Source: Podarcis pityusensis (taxonomy: Eukaryota). From it: a stretch of DNA of 64,000 nt. This document shows positions 37,367 through 49,104 of this stretch, piece by piece. Within the stretch, counting starts at the first letter, position 1. Every line of letters begins with the position of its first letter. The notes beneath the pieces were generated by a model. It ran no database searches and was not told the DNA's origin. It saw only the letters and a list, made by a program, of their open reading frames with translations. Made by a program: the position numbers and the translations under genes. Where the stretch lies: the NCBI GenBank assembly GCA_964106645.2, contig OZ067052.1; one strand, given 5' to 3'.

Positions 37367-38706
37367 ACACATAATCAAATAAACATATAACAATGAAACA
37401 CAGAGTTCTGCTTTCACTCATGTTGTGGTATATTTATGAGCAACATTCAGTAGCTGTACTTCTGTCTAGGGATGTACAGATCAGTCCATTTCTGTTCTCT
37501 CTCGATTATGAACGTGGTTCATTCATAAGTCAATTCCTTTACCTTAAAAAACAAAAAAAACCTCTACAAAATCTGAATTGCATCCAATGCTCATCCTGCT
37601 CAGAGCAGACCCATCAAAATCAATGGACAAGTTACTGATGCCAACTGATTTCAGTAGATTTTGCTCGGAATAGGACTAGCATTAGGCACAACTTTCCATA
37701 TTTAAATATTTATGTAAATAGCATCCCATCACAAATTATTTCTTTAAATAAATATTGTTATCTCAATGTATGCATCTTTAAACATACTATTTCCTTTTTA
37801 AAAATACCCATTTAAAATGCATTTTAGCATATTTCTTGAACTGAGATCGGGGATTCAGGGAAGCTCAAAATCCAATGGATAAAATCCAATCCAGTTTAGA
37901 GCCTGAGAGGTGTCAGTTAGGTTGGCCCATTTAAAAACTGCAGGCCAACCAAAATTACCTCCCATCCCCTGCCCTGCCACTGTGATGGGTGAAGCATCAC
38001 CTGTGTAACTTCAGCTTCTTTGCCCTCTCCTGGATGCACAGCTAAAATCCAGTAAGCAGGTGCATCTGAAGAAAGAGCAGAGGCTCTCCACTCAGCGCCA
38101 ACTGCATCAAGCCAGGGAGGATGGAATAAGGATAATAAACAGGTGCCACGTTTATTCCCATCACATCCAGACGGCAACATAATTAAAATGCAGGTTGGAG
38201 TCAGCGCACCTATCGATAAATCTTTGCCTTTGGTTCCAAAGCTTGACAGGAAGCCTATAGCTGGTGAGGGGAGTTCGGTCAGAGGAGGAGGCAGAGAGAA
38301 AGGACCTAGCTCATGGGCAGCCATTTTAATGTTTCCTTTGAGTAATGGGCCTTGCAAATTAGCACCCTGGCGGCCTGAAATACATATTTTTTTTTTGCAA
38401 AGGACGGGAGGACTCTCAAGCAGAAAGGTGATTTGGGGAAAGAGTCCCCAAGGGGAGTGTTGATTTCTGTGCCTCACTGCTATGGCCATATTTTTATTCT
38501 AGCTGGGATGGGAGCAGAGATACCAGGGAACTCTTGGGTGTTTTGAATGCTCTGGGTGGGGAGAACGGAGCAGGAAACAACCTGATGAGTGTGTGGGAGA
38601 GGAAGGGAGGGAAAGCAATAAATTATGGTGATAAGAAAGGAAGAAGCAGCTTGTGCCAGACAACAGAAAACCCAGGAGGAGGACCAGAGTTTGCAGAAGA
38701 TTTAAG

Positions 38707-38875
38707 TAGTGCTTTAAAAAAAAAAAAAAAAAAAACAGTGTGTGTGTGGGGGGGGGGGGAGTGCCAGTACTCAGCATGGAGTTTTTACAGTAAGTGACAC
38801 ACTTTTAACTTTTTGGGTGGCAGGGAAGCTGCTGGTACTGCATACCCTTGAGTACCCCCAGAAAATAACCCACTG
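38707..38875. mobile_element. hAT MITE (CAGTGCTTT end family)
   Basis: Perfect 8-bp TSD gatttaag; ends (T)AGTGCTTT / AACCCACTG. Confidence 0.75.
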
Positions 38876-39357
38876 GATTTAAGTATGATCTGCATCAGGA
38901 GATGGGAACATCTGCATTTTTTCTTTCAGTTGCTGCCAGAGGTTGGTATTTCATGAGCATCAATTCCAGAGGCAGGTGTAAACCTGAACATCACCTTTCT
39001 ACCTTGTCTGCCTCCCTAACCAAGCAAGCTCAATTTGCAATGGAGCAGGTGTCCCAGAGCTCATCGCCTACCCTACACAAGTTTCACAGCATGGAACTTG
39101 ATTAATTGTTATGGCTCCCCACCAACAGGGCCTGGCAAATGATATTTATGCTATGGAGATGGGGGATCTCTGGCAGAGCATTCCCAATTAACTTGATTCC
39201 AGGGTTTCAGTTACTGGGGAACAACAACACTGAGAACATGTGATTGCCCTCCTGTCCTGGTTGTGGGCTTCCCAGAAATATCTGGTTGGCAACAGTGGGC
39301 TAGACTTAAAGAGTCTGTCATCTGAACCAGCAGGCCACTTCGTACCTTCTTCATTTG

Positions 39358-40212
39358 TCCAGTGTGGTGTACCAGTTAGAGTGTCGAACTAAGACCTGGG
39401 AGACCAGAGTTCAATCCCCATCTCACCCATTAATCTCACTGGGTGACCTTGAGCCAGTCACTGCCTCTCAGCCAGTGTTTTGTGGTTTTTTTCACTGGAG
39501 CACAGTTCCAGCACCTCTCAGGTGGGCACAATTGCAGGCGGGTGCTCCACCCTTCCCACTTCTTGCCTTCTGAGAAGCCCAGAACAAATATTTCAAGTCA
39601 AAACAGAAGCTGGCCAGTATGTGTGAGTCTGCACTTTTTTTAGATCTATGACTCGACCTAGCTCCTAGCCGCTCCTATCCTTGACTGGTCAAGCTAGGGG
39701 GCAGGGCCAATTCATATTTCCTTTTCTTCAGTCCATCTCACATGTAGTGGCAGCAGGCTTTAAGCTTTCCAGCTAGGCCTCTGCCATTGCTCGCATGTGC
39801 ATTTGTGTGTGAGCCCTTCTGAGCTGCCCTAGTTAGTTGCCTGAATGTATGAGAATGAGGGAGGCGATGGCACATTCATTTGACCTGAACCAGAAGCAGG
39901 GGTGACCCCCAAACCAGCTAGGAAGACAGCTTGCCATAGTTTTTTTTTTTTTTACCTCTGTGGGCAGTGAACGCAGCTGTTGACAAACCAGCATCTGTTC
40001 AGGGCTGTCCCAAAGTCACTCGGCGACTTAATGTAGCGACTTCATGGTGAGTTCCAGCAGCTTTTTTTGGGGGGGGGGAGAAAAACCCACTGCTCTCAGT
40101 CTAGCCTAATTTACAGGGCTGGTGCAAGGGTAAAATGGAGTGGAGGGGTCAAGTACCACCTTGAGCTCCTTGGAGGAAAAGTGGGATACAAATGCAATAC
40201 ATAAAAAATAAG
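39358..40212 (+). mobile_element. Squam3-like SINE split by a 620-bp hAT insertion
   Basis: SINE head 39358-39472 and tail 40093-40212 join across the insertion. Confidence 0.75.
39473..40092. mobile_element. hAT MITE nested in a SINE
   Basis: CAGTGTTTT...AAAAACCCACTG ends; 8-bp TSD ctctcagc/ctctcagt; subterminal agttccagca motif near both ends. Confidence 0.8.
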
Positions 40213-40239
40213 TAGAATTCTGAACAGCATCTGTTCTTT

Positions 40240-40398
40240 AACTAGAAACGCAGAAATATGTCTTTTACCAAATAAGACCACTGGTCAATCTAGCTGTGGC
40301 TTGTAGCAGCCACTCCAGGATTTTGGATGAGAGCCAGGGATTGAACCAGGAACCCTTGGCATGCAAAGCATATGCTCTGCTACTGAGCTGCAGACCTT
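40240..40398 (-). mobile_element. tRNA-derived SINE with CR1-like tail
   Basis: gggattgaacc (B box, reverse) and tgctctgctactgagctgca (A box, reverse). Confidence 0.7.
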
Positions 40399-41579
40399 CC
40401 GCGTGCAGTGAGGTGAAGCAGATTGTTTTAGGCAGTGGAATTTAGACGGATTGATGAAGGCAGGCACTGATATCTGAGCAGCAGCGCAGCGAGGCTTTTT
40501 AAAGCACTGGTCCTAGCAGAGGCAGCATCAGCATCTAATGCATCACTTCAGGCAGCAAAACGAGCCAGAGATTTACGATGCACAAGATGGTGATGCCACA
40601 CACTCCCTTCTCAACTTCTGCATCTTCTCCAGAGCCCACCAGTGGCAGCTCACGAGGCAGTTGGCTGGAGGCATATGCAAGCAGCCATCCCTGAATGACT
40701 ATCGGAAATAAGGGAGTCTGGAGAGCCCAGGCCAGGTCACAACCTCTACTTTTTGAAATATGGCAACCCTAGCACAACAGTTCCTTTGATAAGCCCCACT
40801 GGCCTTTTCAAAACTCTTTGGTACCCTCCAGTTGTTGTTGGGCTCCGGTTCTCATCACCCCCAGATCACGTGGTCAGTAGGCAGGAATTTTGGGATGCCA
40901 GCTTCAGCTGGAGAGTACCTTGCTGGCTACCTCTGCTTTAGTGGAGAATCATTTACAGAATCATTGTCCTGGCAGGCAGCTGTCCCAGTACAGTGAAATG
41001 TGCAAAATCTAGTCTGACTCCCACCAAAGATAATTGATCAGGCGGCGGCGGAGGACGACGACAGCACAATTCAGTCAAAACCACCGAGGAGATATTGCAC
41101 ATCCTCTAAAGCACCAGTATGTAAGACTAGATGCTGAAACGGGAAAACCCTGCTTTGGCACGTCGGTCAAAACCCTCATGGGGACTGCACACAACTGCTT
41201 CTAAAATCTGTTCAACAGCAGGAGTGGTAGACACAGAACAATTTGTGCTCCAAACAAGTACATCAGTTTAAACTAGCTTAACACAGTTCAGTTACCATTA
41301 TTTCAGATGAAGCCCCTGCCTCCAGCCACAGTCAGGAGTCTATGTGCCCAACCTGTGCCCTCTTCTGGGCTAAAATGGAATTGTGCCATTATGGGTTTAC
41401 CCTGAGTTGGTTGGGAGGCAAACCCATTTGCACTAAAATATCGACAAGTTCTTATAAAGTCTTAAAAAACAAATAAATCACAAATTCATACAGAAATGCT
41501 GAGAATTGAATTTAAGATTGTGGAGGTGGGGTATGAGAATATGAGAGAAACTGAAATCGACAGTTCAGTCACAGATCCC

Positions 41580-41805
41580 ACCCATACCATACATTTAAAG
41601 AACTCTGGTGCCACTTTAACAGCCACGGTTCCCTCCAAAGAATAATAGGAACTGTAGTTTGCTAATGTTGTTGTGTTAAGAGATTCCTCACAGAACCACA
41701 GTTCCCAGTGCTCTTAATAGACTTCAGGTCTCAGTATTCTTTGGGTAGGAGGAAGCCATGACTGTTAAAGTGGTATAAAAGTGCTTTCAAAGTATGGTGT
41801 GGAAG
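41580..41805. mobile_element. Palindromic Harbinger-like MITE
   Basis: Long imperfect TIRs ccataccatacatttaaag...ccactttaacagcca / tgactgttaaagtgg...ctttcaaagtatggtgtgg; relatives at ~56625-56840 and ~58970-59550. Confidence 0.65.
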
Positions 41806-43290
41806 TGACTTTAGTTTCTTTCAGTATCTCTGTTGCAGAGAGTGAGGAAGATCTTTCAAAAAACACATTTCTCCCATGCTAAGCTATTAAATGCTCCTCT
41901 TCCTCCTTCCATCACAATGCAAGGCATACCTGAAATTTAAGGAAGAAGCAAGGCTCCAAAGTACAACAGCCCCTAGACCTGCAATAACTTTGAACACTGT
42001 TCAATTATGTTAAGCTCTGGGAAGCAAAGCCACACATAGACGGCAGTTAATTTCCAGCATCGTCTTTAAGTACTTTGCGGGGAAACGTTGAGGAGAAGCT
42101 TCCAGGAACTGCTGTCTAGCCGGATTCCGTCTACTAGTAAATTCACCAACGAAGCTAGAGATGGAAAGCTAGGAGGGAAGGTCCCAATTAAAATCAAAAT
42201 ATAATTTTAAAAGGCGGGGGGGGGGGGAGAGAAGGAAAAGGAAGAAATCATTTTCTCCAGCAAAGCTGCCGACTCAAGGAAAAACATAAAATCCCTCAAT
42301 GAAGGACTTGTCTATTTTATTATAACATCAGCTTTAATTTATGCACCTGCCTTTTTATAATCCTTCTCTATCCATGTACCTGCACCTTATTTATAGAGGG
42401 GTGGTTAGAGAAAGTCACAACCTATGATAAGCAGAGCCTTTGCTAAAAGGGGCTCTGGGATGTTATTTGTCAGGGCAGGGAGAGGCAGCGGTGTCTCTGT
42501 GCAAGAGACCGTTTCTTCTGCAGGAACCAGGCAGGACGATGGGGGATGCAATCTGCATCGTTCAAGAAATGGCTTCCTGTAATGCTTTATGGCCCTTTCT
42601 CACAGACCAAGGAAAGGAAGGGATCAATGGATGCAATCTGGAGTCATCATAAGAGGGGGAAAGAGCAAAATGTCGCTTCCGGGCTGACCACTGAAACAAC
42701 AAGGTCAGAAAAGGTTATTGAGCCCAGAGCGGAAGAGACACTGGAAAACAACAAACACCTACTGAAGTGGAACTAAGAGGCATTACCGGGAATGATCACA
42801 GCAAGCTTTGGGAAGGAATTGCAATGGCAAAGGCCCATCTGCTCCAATGACCTTGCCGCTGGTGGGTGGTACCAGATGCAAAAGTAGGTGGAACAACAGG
42901 TGTGCACACAGTCACTATTTCCTACACATGCAGTTTAAGGTCATTATCGGAGTTGAAGGACAAATTCCACACAGGCAAAATCAGTCAAGGAGGGTGTAGG
43001 GGTATGGCTGATCTTTGGAAAGGGAAGATAAAAGCCCATTTTGTCCATTCCTAAGGGCAGGAGTGGGAAAAGCTCAGGCCCAGATGCAGCCAAATGCATC
43101 TCTCTGGGCTTCTCTATCTGGCCCTCAGCATTTTCCAGGGGCCACACCCACTCTCCCAAGGCCACACCCCTTCACTGGCTCTGCTTGAGTGTTTTTGCCC
43201 AGCTGGAATGGTGTCCTTGAGCTCTGACAATGCCTCTTCTCTTGCCTGGATGCAGGCTAAAGTGGGGTGTGTGTAGAAAGCAGCCTACTA

Positions 43291-43677
43291 TGTTGTAGTC
43301 CTGCGCTGCCAGCCATGGCAGAGCTCAGTGGAGGGAGAAGCCAGCCAACCAGCCAAGTCTCAGGGGGATACTTGCCTGGAGGCAGAGTCTGTATACAAGG
43401 TCCAGTCCAGTCCTATGCTCAGGAGTATCTCAGTTCATGTAGCCAAACTATCTAGAGGTCAAGAAAGCTGAGGTTCCAAGGTCACGGGAAGCAAGAAGCA
43501 GCAAGTTCTGGTCAAGAACAACAAATGTTGTTTCTAGCAACTGACTGACACTGGAAACCCTGGACCCAGCTGGTTCTCATCAGGAGCAAGAAGGCTGATC
43601 AGCAGCAGGTGGAGTCATTTCACTTTCTGCTCCTTCAGGCTGCTGCTCAGCAGGTGAAACCGACTTCTGGCCTATAC
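43291..43677. mobile_element. Probable solo LTR
   Basis: Starts TGTTGTAG and ends ...CTATAC; 5-bp direct repeat tacta at 43286-43290 and 43810-43814; interrupts the host hAT element. Confidence 0.45.
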
Positions 43678-43809
43678 CAGGCATAGGCAAACTCGGGCTT
43701 CCGGATGTTTTGGGACTACAACTCCCATCATCCCTAAGAGGACCAGTGGTCAGGGATGATGGGAATTGTAGTCTCAAAACATCCGGAGGGCTGAGTTTGC
43801 CTATGCCTG
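43678..43809. mobile_element. Palindromic Charlie-like MITE, same family as 13875-14010
   Basis: CAGGCATAGGCAAACTC...GAGTTTGCCTATGCCTG; flanks (gcctatac / tactatag) are not a clean TSD. Confidence 0.9.
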
Positions 43810-44679
43810 TACTATAGAAAGGCAGCATTTAAACCTGTCGTACCACCCACATCGGAATCTGACCCCACCCACAACTGGCATGTGGCCCTTGGAAGATTGC
43901 CACAAAGAGAATGTGATCCTTGGGCTAGAATAATGTTCCCCACTTGTATTCAGCAGGGAAAGCGCCCTGTATTCTGATGCAGATATCAAAGTGTGAAGGG
44001 TATAGAGAATAAGGGAGTGTTGACCTTACAAGAGCTTGAACTTCAGGCTTCATCCATCCAGTAGCTCTAAGGCTTTTTTTTTTAATCTGTTCTTTTCCCT
44101 TAACAAATGCTCACTGCAGGAGGAATAGATGATGTTAAATTATTTTGGAATATGCTGAGAATGTCCTGCTTGAGCAACTGATGCCTCATAAATCATTCTT
44201 TTTCCTACGCCTGATTTCTCTTGTCAGCTCACTGGGGAGGTTGGTGCCCTGCACTTAGACGAACATACTTGAGGGTGTGCAGAATGGAGATGAGGGGGGG
44301 AGTGGGAAATGATGCAGAATGTGAGGGGAGGAAGGGGAAGAATCGTGGGAAAGGGGTTGGGCTAGGAAAAAGAGGACAGTTGCAGAGACAGGAATTACAA
44401 ATTAACTTATTAAAGAGGCTCTGTAAGGAACTGATGCGTAAATATACATAGCTTTCTGTTGCCTTAGGGCATGCTGGTCCAACCTCTCAGAATAAGCGGG
44501 CCACAAGAGTACTTTGGCACAGAACCCACAGGCCACACACTGAATTAAATTTCCATATTGTATATTGTAGTTGATATTATTGAATATACACAATTAATAT
44601 GTATACTAGGGTCAAGTTGTGTCTGTTCCCCCACTCAGAGGGCCAAGAATAAGCCCCGCTGAGTTCAAATGAACATACT

Positions 44680-45252
44680 TGTCACAGAGGGGTGGGACAC
44701 AGAAGAACTGTGGGAGGAAGCAGCTGGGAAACCCCCAAGGGAAGGAGGCTCAGAGCCAAAGGATTGGTGGCAGGACGACAGTGAGTGGTCAGAGGGAGAA
44801 GACTGGGAGAAGGAATCTGAAGAGGTAACAGGTCTTAGTGGTCAGGGGGAGTCTGTGACAGAAAGTAGAGCACGAGAGGAGGAAGATCAAGAGGTGGATA
44901 TGATTCTGGCTGGTAAAGAGGCACAGGTGTTTCCCCATCCTGCTGTGACAAGCTCCACTCCACCGCTGCTCTCCCAGATTCAGAAGAGGCATGAAGAGGG
45001 CAGGGGAGAAATTAGCTTCACACAGACACAGTCTCAGATTGCTTGGGGAAAGCCCTGAAGAGGAAGGGGCTTAGGCAGCTGTGGGGAGGTGAGAACCTTC
45101 AGCCCTAGCAACTGCTTCATGGGGGCAGCAAGACCTGTTGGAGACAAGTTGCTGTACTCATTAGGCCTGCCACTCCTGGCCATATCCTTGTTCTGAATAA
45201 AGAGTTAACTCCAACTTGTTTGGTGCGATTTACTGCTGGCTCACTCCTGTCA
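44680..45252 (+). mobile_element. Solo LTR (573 bp)
   Basis: TG...CA termini; AATAAA at 45196-45201; 5-bp TSD atact/ttact; interrupts a short palindromic repeat. Confidence 0.7.
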
Positions 45253-45539
45253 TTACTTCTACTTTCCTAGGAGTAACCCCCATTGAATTCAGTAGGGCTG
45301 AATTTGCTTGACACACATTTGCTTGCACAGCTTACTGATAAACAAGGTGGTAGCCCTGATGGCAGATGTTGCAAGACTCCAACTTCCATCATCCTTGGCC
45401 ATTGGTCACACTGGCTGGGATTGATGGGAGCTGGAGTACAACAACATATGCAGAAATGGCAATGCTGTTGATTCCTTCTCCTTAAACAGAGTGATTTGGA
45501 GGGCTAGGATGGCAGGCTGCTTAATTATCCTGCCAGAAT

Positions 45540-45762
45540 TAAGAACATAGAAAGAGCCCTGCTGGATCGAGGCAGTAGTCCATCTAGGCCAGCATCCCTG
45601 TTCTCACAGTGGCCTCTAGGAAACTCACAAGCAGGACCCAAGCACAACAATAATTCTTTCATTCTGTGATTTCCAGCAACTGACATTCAGATGCATTGGT
45701 GCCTTCGATGCTGGAGGCAGAACATAGACATCATGGCTAGTAATTATCAATAGCCATGAATT
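45540..45762 (-). mobile_element. CR1 3' UTR fragment
   Basis: taagaacatag...gctggatc...ccatctaggccagcatcc...ggaggcagaacatag. Confidence 0.75.
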
Positions 45763-45806
45763 TGCATGTTCACATTACTGGCATAAAATGCAGCAAGGTC
45801 ACACAT

Positions 45807-46119
45807 CATATGTGCCAACTCTATGGGGATGGGGATGGCTCACACACACACCCCGAAGTATGTGGGGACGGGATTGAGTTCCCCCCAATCTTGAGGAGCT
45901 AGGCCCCACCAATTCACCCTGCAATGGGGGGGTACTTCACCAGGCCTCCCTGCAGTGGCAGCAGGCCCCATCACACCTACCTGCGGTAGCAGCAGACCTC
46001 CCTGGGCCTCGTGGCCTTCTCCCAACACATGTGACATCACATGCGTGTGTCACATGTGTGACATCATGTGCTCGCAACAAGACCCCCCCCCCAATGTCAT
46101 GCGAAACTCAGCACCCCTG
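45807..46119. mobile_element. hAT MITE
   Basis: 8-bp TSD tcacacat/tcacatat; degenerate TIRs CATATGTGCCAACT / CAGGGGTGCTGAGT. Confidence 0.65.
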
Positions 46120-46857
46120 TCACATATCCACACCACACACTGTGTTTGAAGCCTCAAGTTGCATGCAGTTATTCATATCAGAGGAGGCAGTCTCTACTGA
46201 AAACACATGACCATCTCACTCCACCTCTGCAACCCTCCTGGAACTTCTGTTCATTAAGCTGCCCTATGCACTCACGCTCTCATCTGTGCCTGTGTGATCG
46301 CTGGCAGAGTATGTTCACACTACTGCTTATTCTGCATCCAGTTTTCTAACCAGGTTGAAGCAGCTTTGATGCAGGAAGAGCACATCAAAAAACAGCATTT
46401 GTCATGAAACCACTACTGAAATTAATGGCATTTACATTTGAGAGGATCCACGTAGCGCTGCATCATGTTTGTGCTTATTAACATTCTTTCAGCTTCTGCT
46501 GAAATTCCTACAGATGTGAGTGAGGGTCCTCCACATTCATGTTCAGTTCTGCTTTAGGCAGAATATGGCAGCAACTTCAGAGATGTGCAAAAAAAAAATT
46601 TAAAAAAATCCCTGGGGACTTTTGCTGATCTTGTCAAAATTCTTCCAACTCTTCTTCGGAACTCCTAAACCATTCACACCTGCCTTGAATTTGGCCTAAG
46701 GCAAAATTCAGTTGGGGGCGGGCTCGATAGCACACACTGCAGCTTTCTGAAATGGACACCCACACTGACACCCAGCCCCGCTGCCCCCTGGGAGCCAGCT
46801 ATGTGTGCTGACTGCCATCCCCAGGATTCATCCCCAGGATTTCCATGTGTATTAGAA

Positions 46858-47030
46858 AATCAAATCCTCACTCGGCCATGAAGCTCACTGAGTGACCTGT
46901 GCCTGTCACTTCCACTCGGTCTAACTTGTCTCTCAGGGTTGTTGCTGGGATTAAATGAGGAGGGAGGAAATCATGTGTGCGCCTTTATCTCCTAGCAGAA
47001 AAAAGGAGGGATATAAATGCATCAAATAAA
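46858..47030 (+). mobile_element. 5'-truncated Squam3-like SINE
   Basis: ccatgaagctcactgagtgacc...cagggttgttg...gggatataaatgc. Confidence 0.7.
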
Positions 47031-48001
47031 AAGACAAACAAATAGAAATAATTCAAAGTACGTACAGTTTATAGGGACTAAACATCCCCACTGTAGTGCA
47101 AATGATTTTGGCAGGGTGTGTGTGTGGTGGGGATATTACATCAGAGACTTGGATTTACAGATTTGTGTATACAATGACCGATCTTCAAAGCTGGCCTTTT
47201 TCAACAGCTCACACACATCCACACAAAGAAAATGATTTATATAGAGAATAAAAAAAAAGATCTGTGCAGCCCACATCCATCTGGGGGATAAAAGCAATTC
47301 AGTTTGATGCCCAGGAAGTCACCTTTTAATATTTTTTCATGCTGTTCCCTTCTTCCCGCGAGCCTGTCAGATCCTCAGCCTTGACACCTGAGATGTCATA
47401 ACGGGGAGGGGGGTGCACAAGGAGTGAACATCTCAATGCCATCCTGACACTTGGGTTGATGGGCAGACAGCAGGCTCAGGAAACAGGTTATAAAAGGAAA
47501 AGGACTTTCTTTCTTTCTTTCTGTCAGCAGTTGTAAGCAGAGTGCTTCCCTCCCACTAAGGCTGTGATTAAAAGAAGCAAAACAAAACAAAACTCTGAAC
47601 AATCAGAAATCACCAGAGGTACAACTCTGCAATTTTGCCCAGCTCCTCCTGCACCCAAATGAGCCTGTGGATGGGTATTGGCATGTGCAGTTCCAAGGGG
47701 TGAGGGATGAAAGACTGTTTGTTCCCCTTACCCAGTGACCAGGCCATCTCTAGCTGGCAGAACAGGAATAAGGGTAGAGGAACTCTCTAAGTGGGAAACT
47801 AAGAACCCACTGGATCAGGCAAATGGCCCATCTAGTCCAGAATCCTGTTGGAAACCAGCACACAGTATTTGAGCACAAAGGCACTCTCCCATACACTCCA
47901 ACATTTCTCCGATGAAAATAGGGATGTCCCATTCCATAAAGATATTTTTGCTATTTATACCCCACTCATCTTACTGAGTTGCCCCAGCCACTCTGGGCAG
48001 C

Positions 48002-48003
<2 letters not shown>

Positions 48004-48043
<40 letters not shown>
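48004..48043. repeat. (CA)20 microsatellite
   Basis: Direct observation. Confidence 0.95.
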
Positions 48044-48044
<1 letters not shown>

Positions 48045-48133
48045 AAAGCCGTCAACTTTTTCCTTTTTTTAAGGGAAATTCCCTTATTCTGAATAGGATT
48101 CCTCGTAAGAAAAGGGAAAAGTTGACAGCTATG
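48044..48133. mobile_element. 90-bp hAT-type MITE inserted in the CA repeat
   Basis: TIRs CAAAGCCGTCAACTTTT / AAAAGTTGACAGCTATG; acacacac on both sides. Confidence 0.8.
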
Positions 48134-48863
48134 ACACACACACACATTAAGCATTAAAAAAACCTTCCCTATACAGGATTACCTTCAGATGACTTGGGTG
48201 TGTGTGTGGATAACTCCATATCCTCCAACATTTCTCCAGTGAAAATAGGGACGTCCTAAGGAAAAGCGGAACAATCTGGGATCAAATCAGGAACCAGGGC
48301 AGCTTCTCTAAATCAGGGGTGTCCCTGGAAAATAGGGACACTTGAAGGGTCTGCTCTCCCCTCCTGTGGTTTCCAGCAAATGGTATTCAGAAGCATTGCT
48401 GCCTTCAACTGTGGAGGCAGAACATAGCCATTATGACGACTAGCCATTGATAGCCCTCTTCTCCACGAATCTGACTAGTCCTCTTTTAAAGCCTCCAAGT
48501 TGGTGGCCATCATTATCTCCCATGGGAGTGAATTCCATAGTTGACCTATGCACTGTGTGAAGAAGTCCTTTCTTTTTTTCTGTCCTAAATATTCTGACAT
48601 TTAGCTTCATGGAAGTCCATGAGTTCTAGAATCATTAGAGAAGGAGAAAAACTTTTGTCTACCCACTTTCTCCCTGTTGTGCATAATTTTATAAACTTCT
48701 GTCATATTCTGTGCTGCCACCACAAAACAGCTTTATTGGTACAAAAATGTTGTTTCAGGTCAGCTGTTTCTAAATATTGTTTACCTTGGAGTCAAGCAAG
48801 CATGAGGCTAGCTAGATAACTTTCATTTCAACTCGGTTTGCAAACTCAAGCTAATCTATTCAT

Positions 48864-48907
<44 letters not shown>
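48864..48907. repeat. Compound (TC)n(AC)n microsatellite
   Basis: Direct observation. Confidence 0.9.
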
Positions 48908-49104
48908 CACAGTGTAGCAAAACATTAACAACCCCTTCATAAATGATACTGTGTTTGTGGTTAGAGTAAGAATGCAGCTCATGAACACATAACCTGTGTG
49001 GTTGGTGGATAGATCACAATTTTGCTTTTTCGTGTATATTCCTTTTGCAACAATATGCTTTTTGCCACTTTGGGGCAAAAAAAGAAAAAAAGAAAAAAGG
49101 TATA

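Larger units (their letters stand above)
43060..43948. mobile_element. Old Charlie-like hAT element hosting an LTR-like insert and a MITE
   Basis: 43070-43290 plus 43815-43948 are collinear with the uninterrupted copy at ~53110-53477; a 3' piece also occurs at ~20655-20790. Confidence 0.65.
47890..48353. mobile_element. Composite hAT-like element: two tandem left ends, L2-tail cargo and one right end
   Basis: catacactccaacatttctccgatgaaaatagggatgtcc (47890) is repeated at 48217; right end cttgaagggtctg; flanked by ctctcc direct repeats. Confidence 0.8.
47800..48705 (-). mobile_element. CR1 3' end interrupted by a composite hAT element
   Basis: CR1 tail (ctggatcaggcaaatggcccatctagtccag...ggtattcagaagc...cctcttttaaagcc...gtgtgaagaagtcc) is continuous across 47890-48353. 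Confidence 0.8.

Noticed and set aside
37917-38489. 190-aa minus-strand ORF as a gene
   Set aside because: No domain similarity or convincing exon structure; like most ORFs in the track it is consistent with chance intronic ORFs
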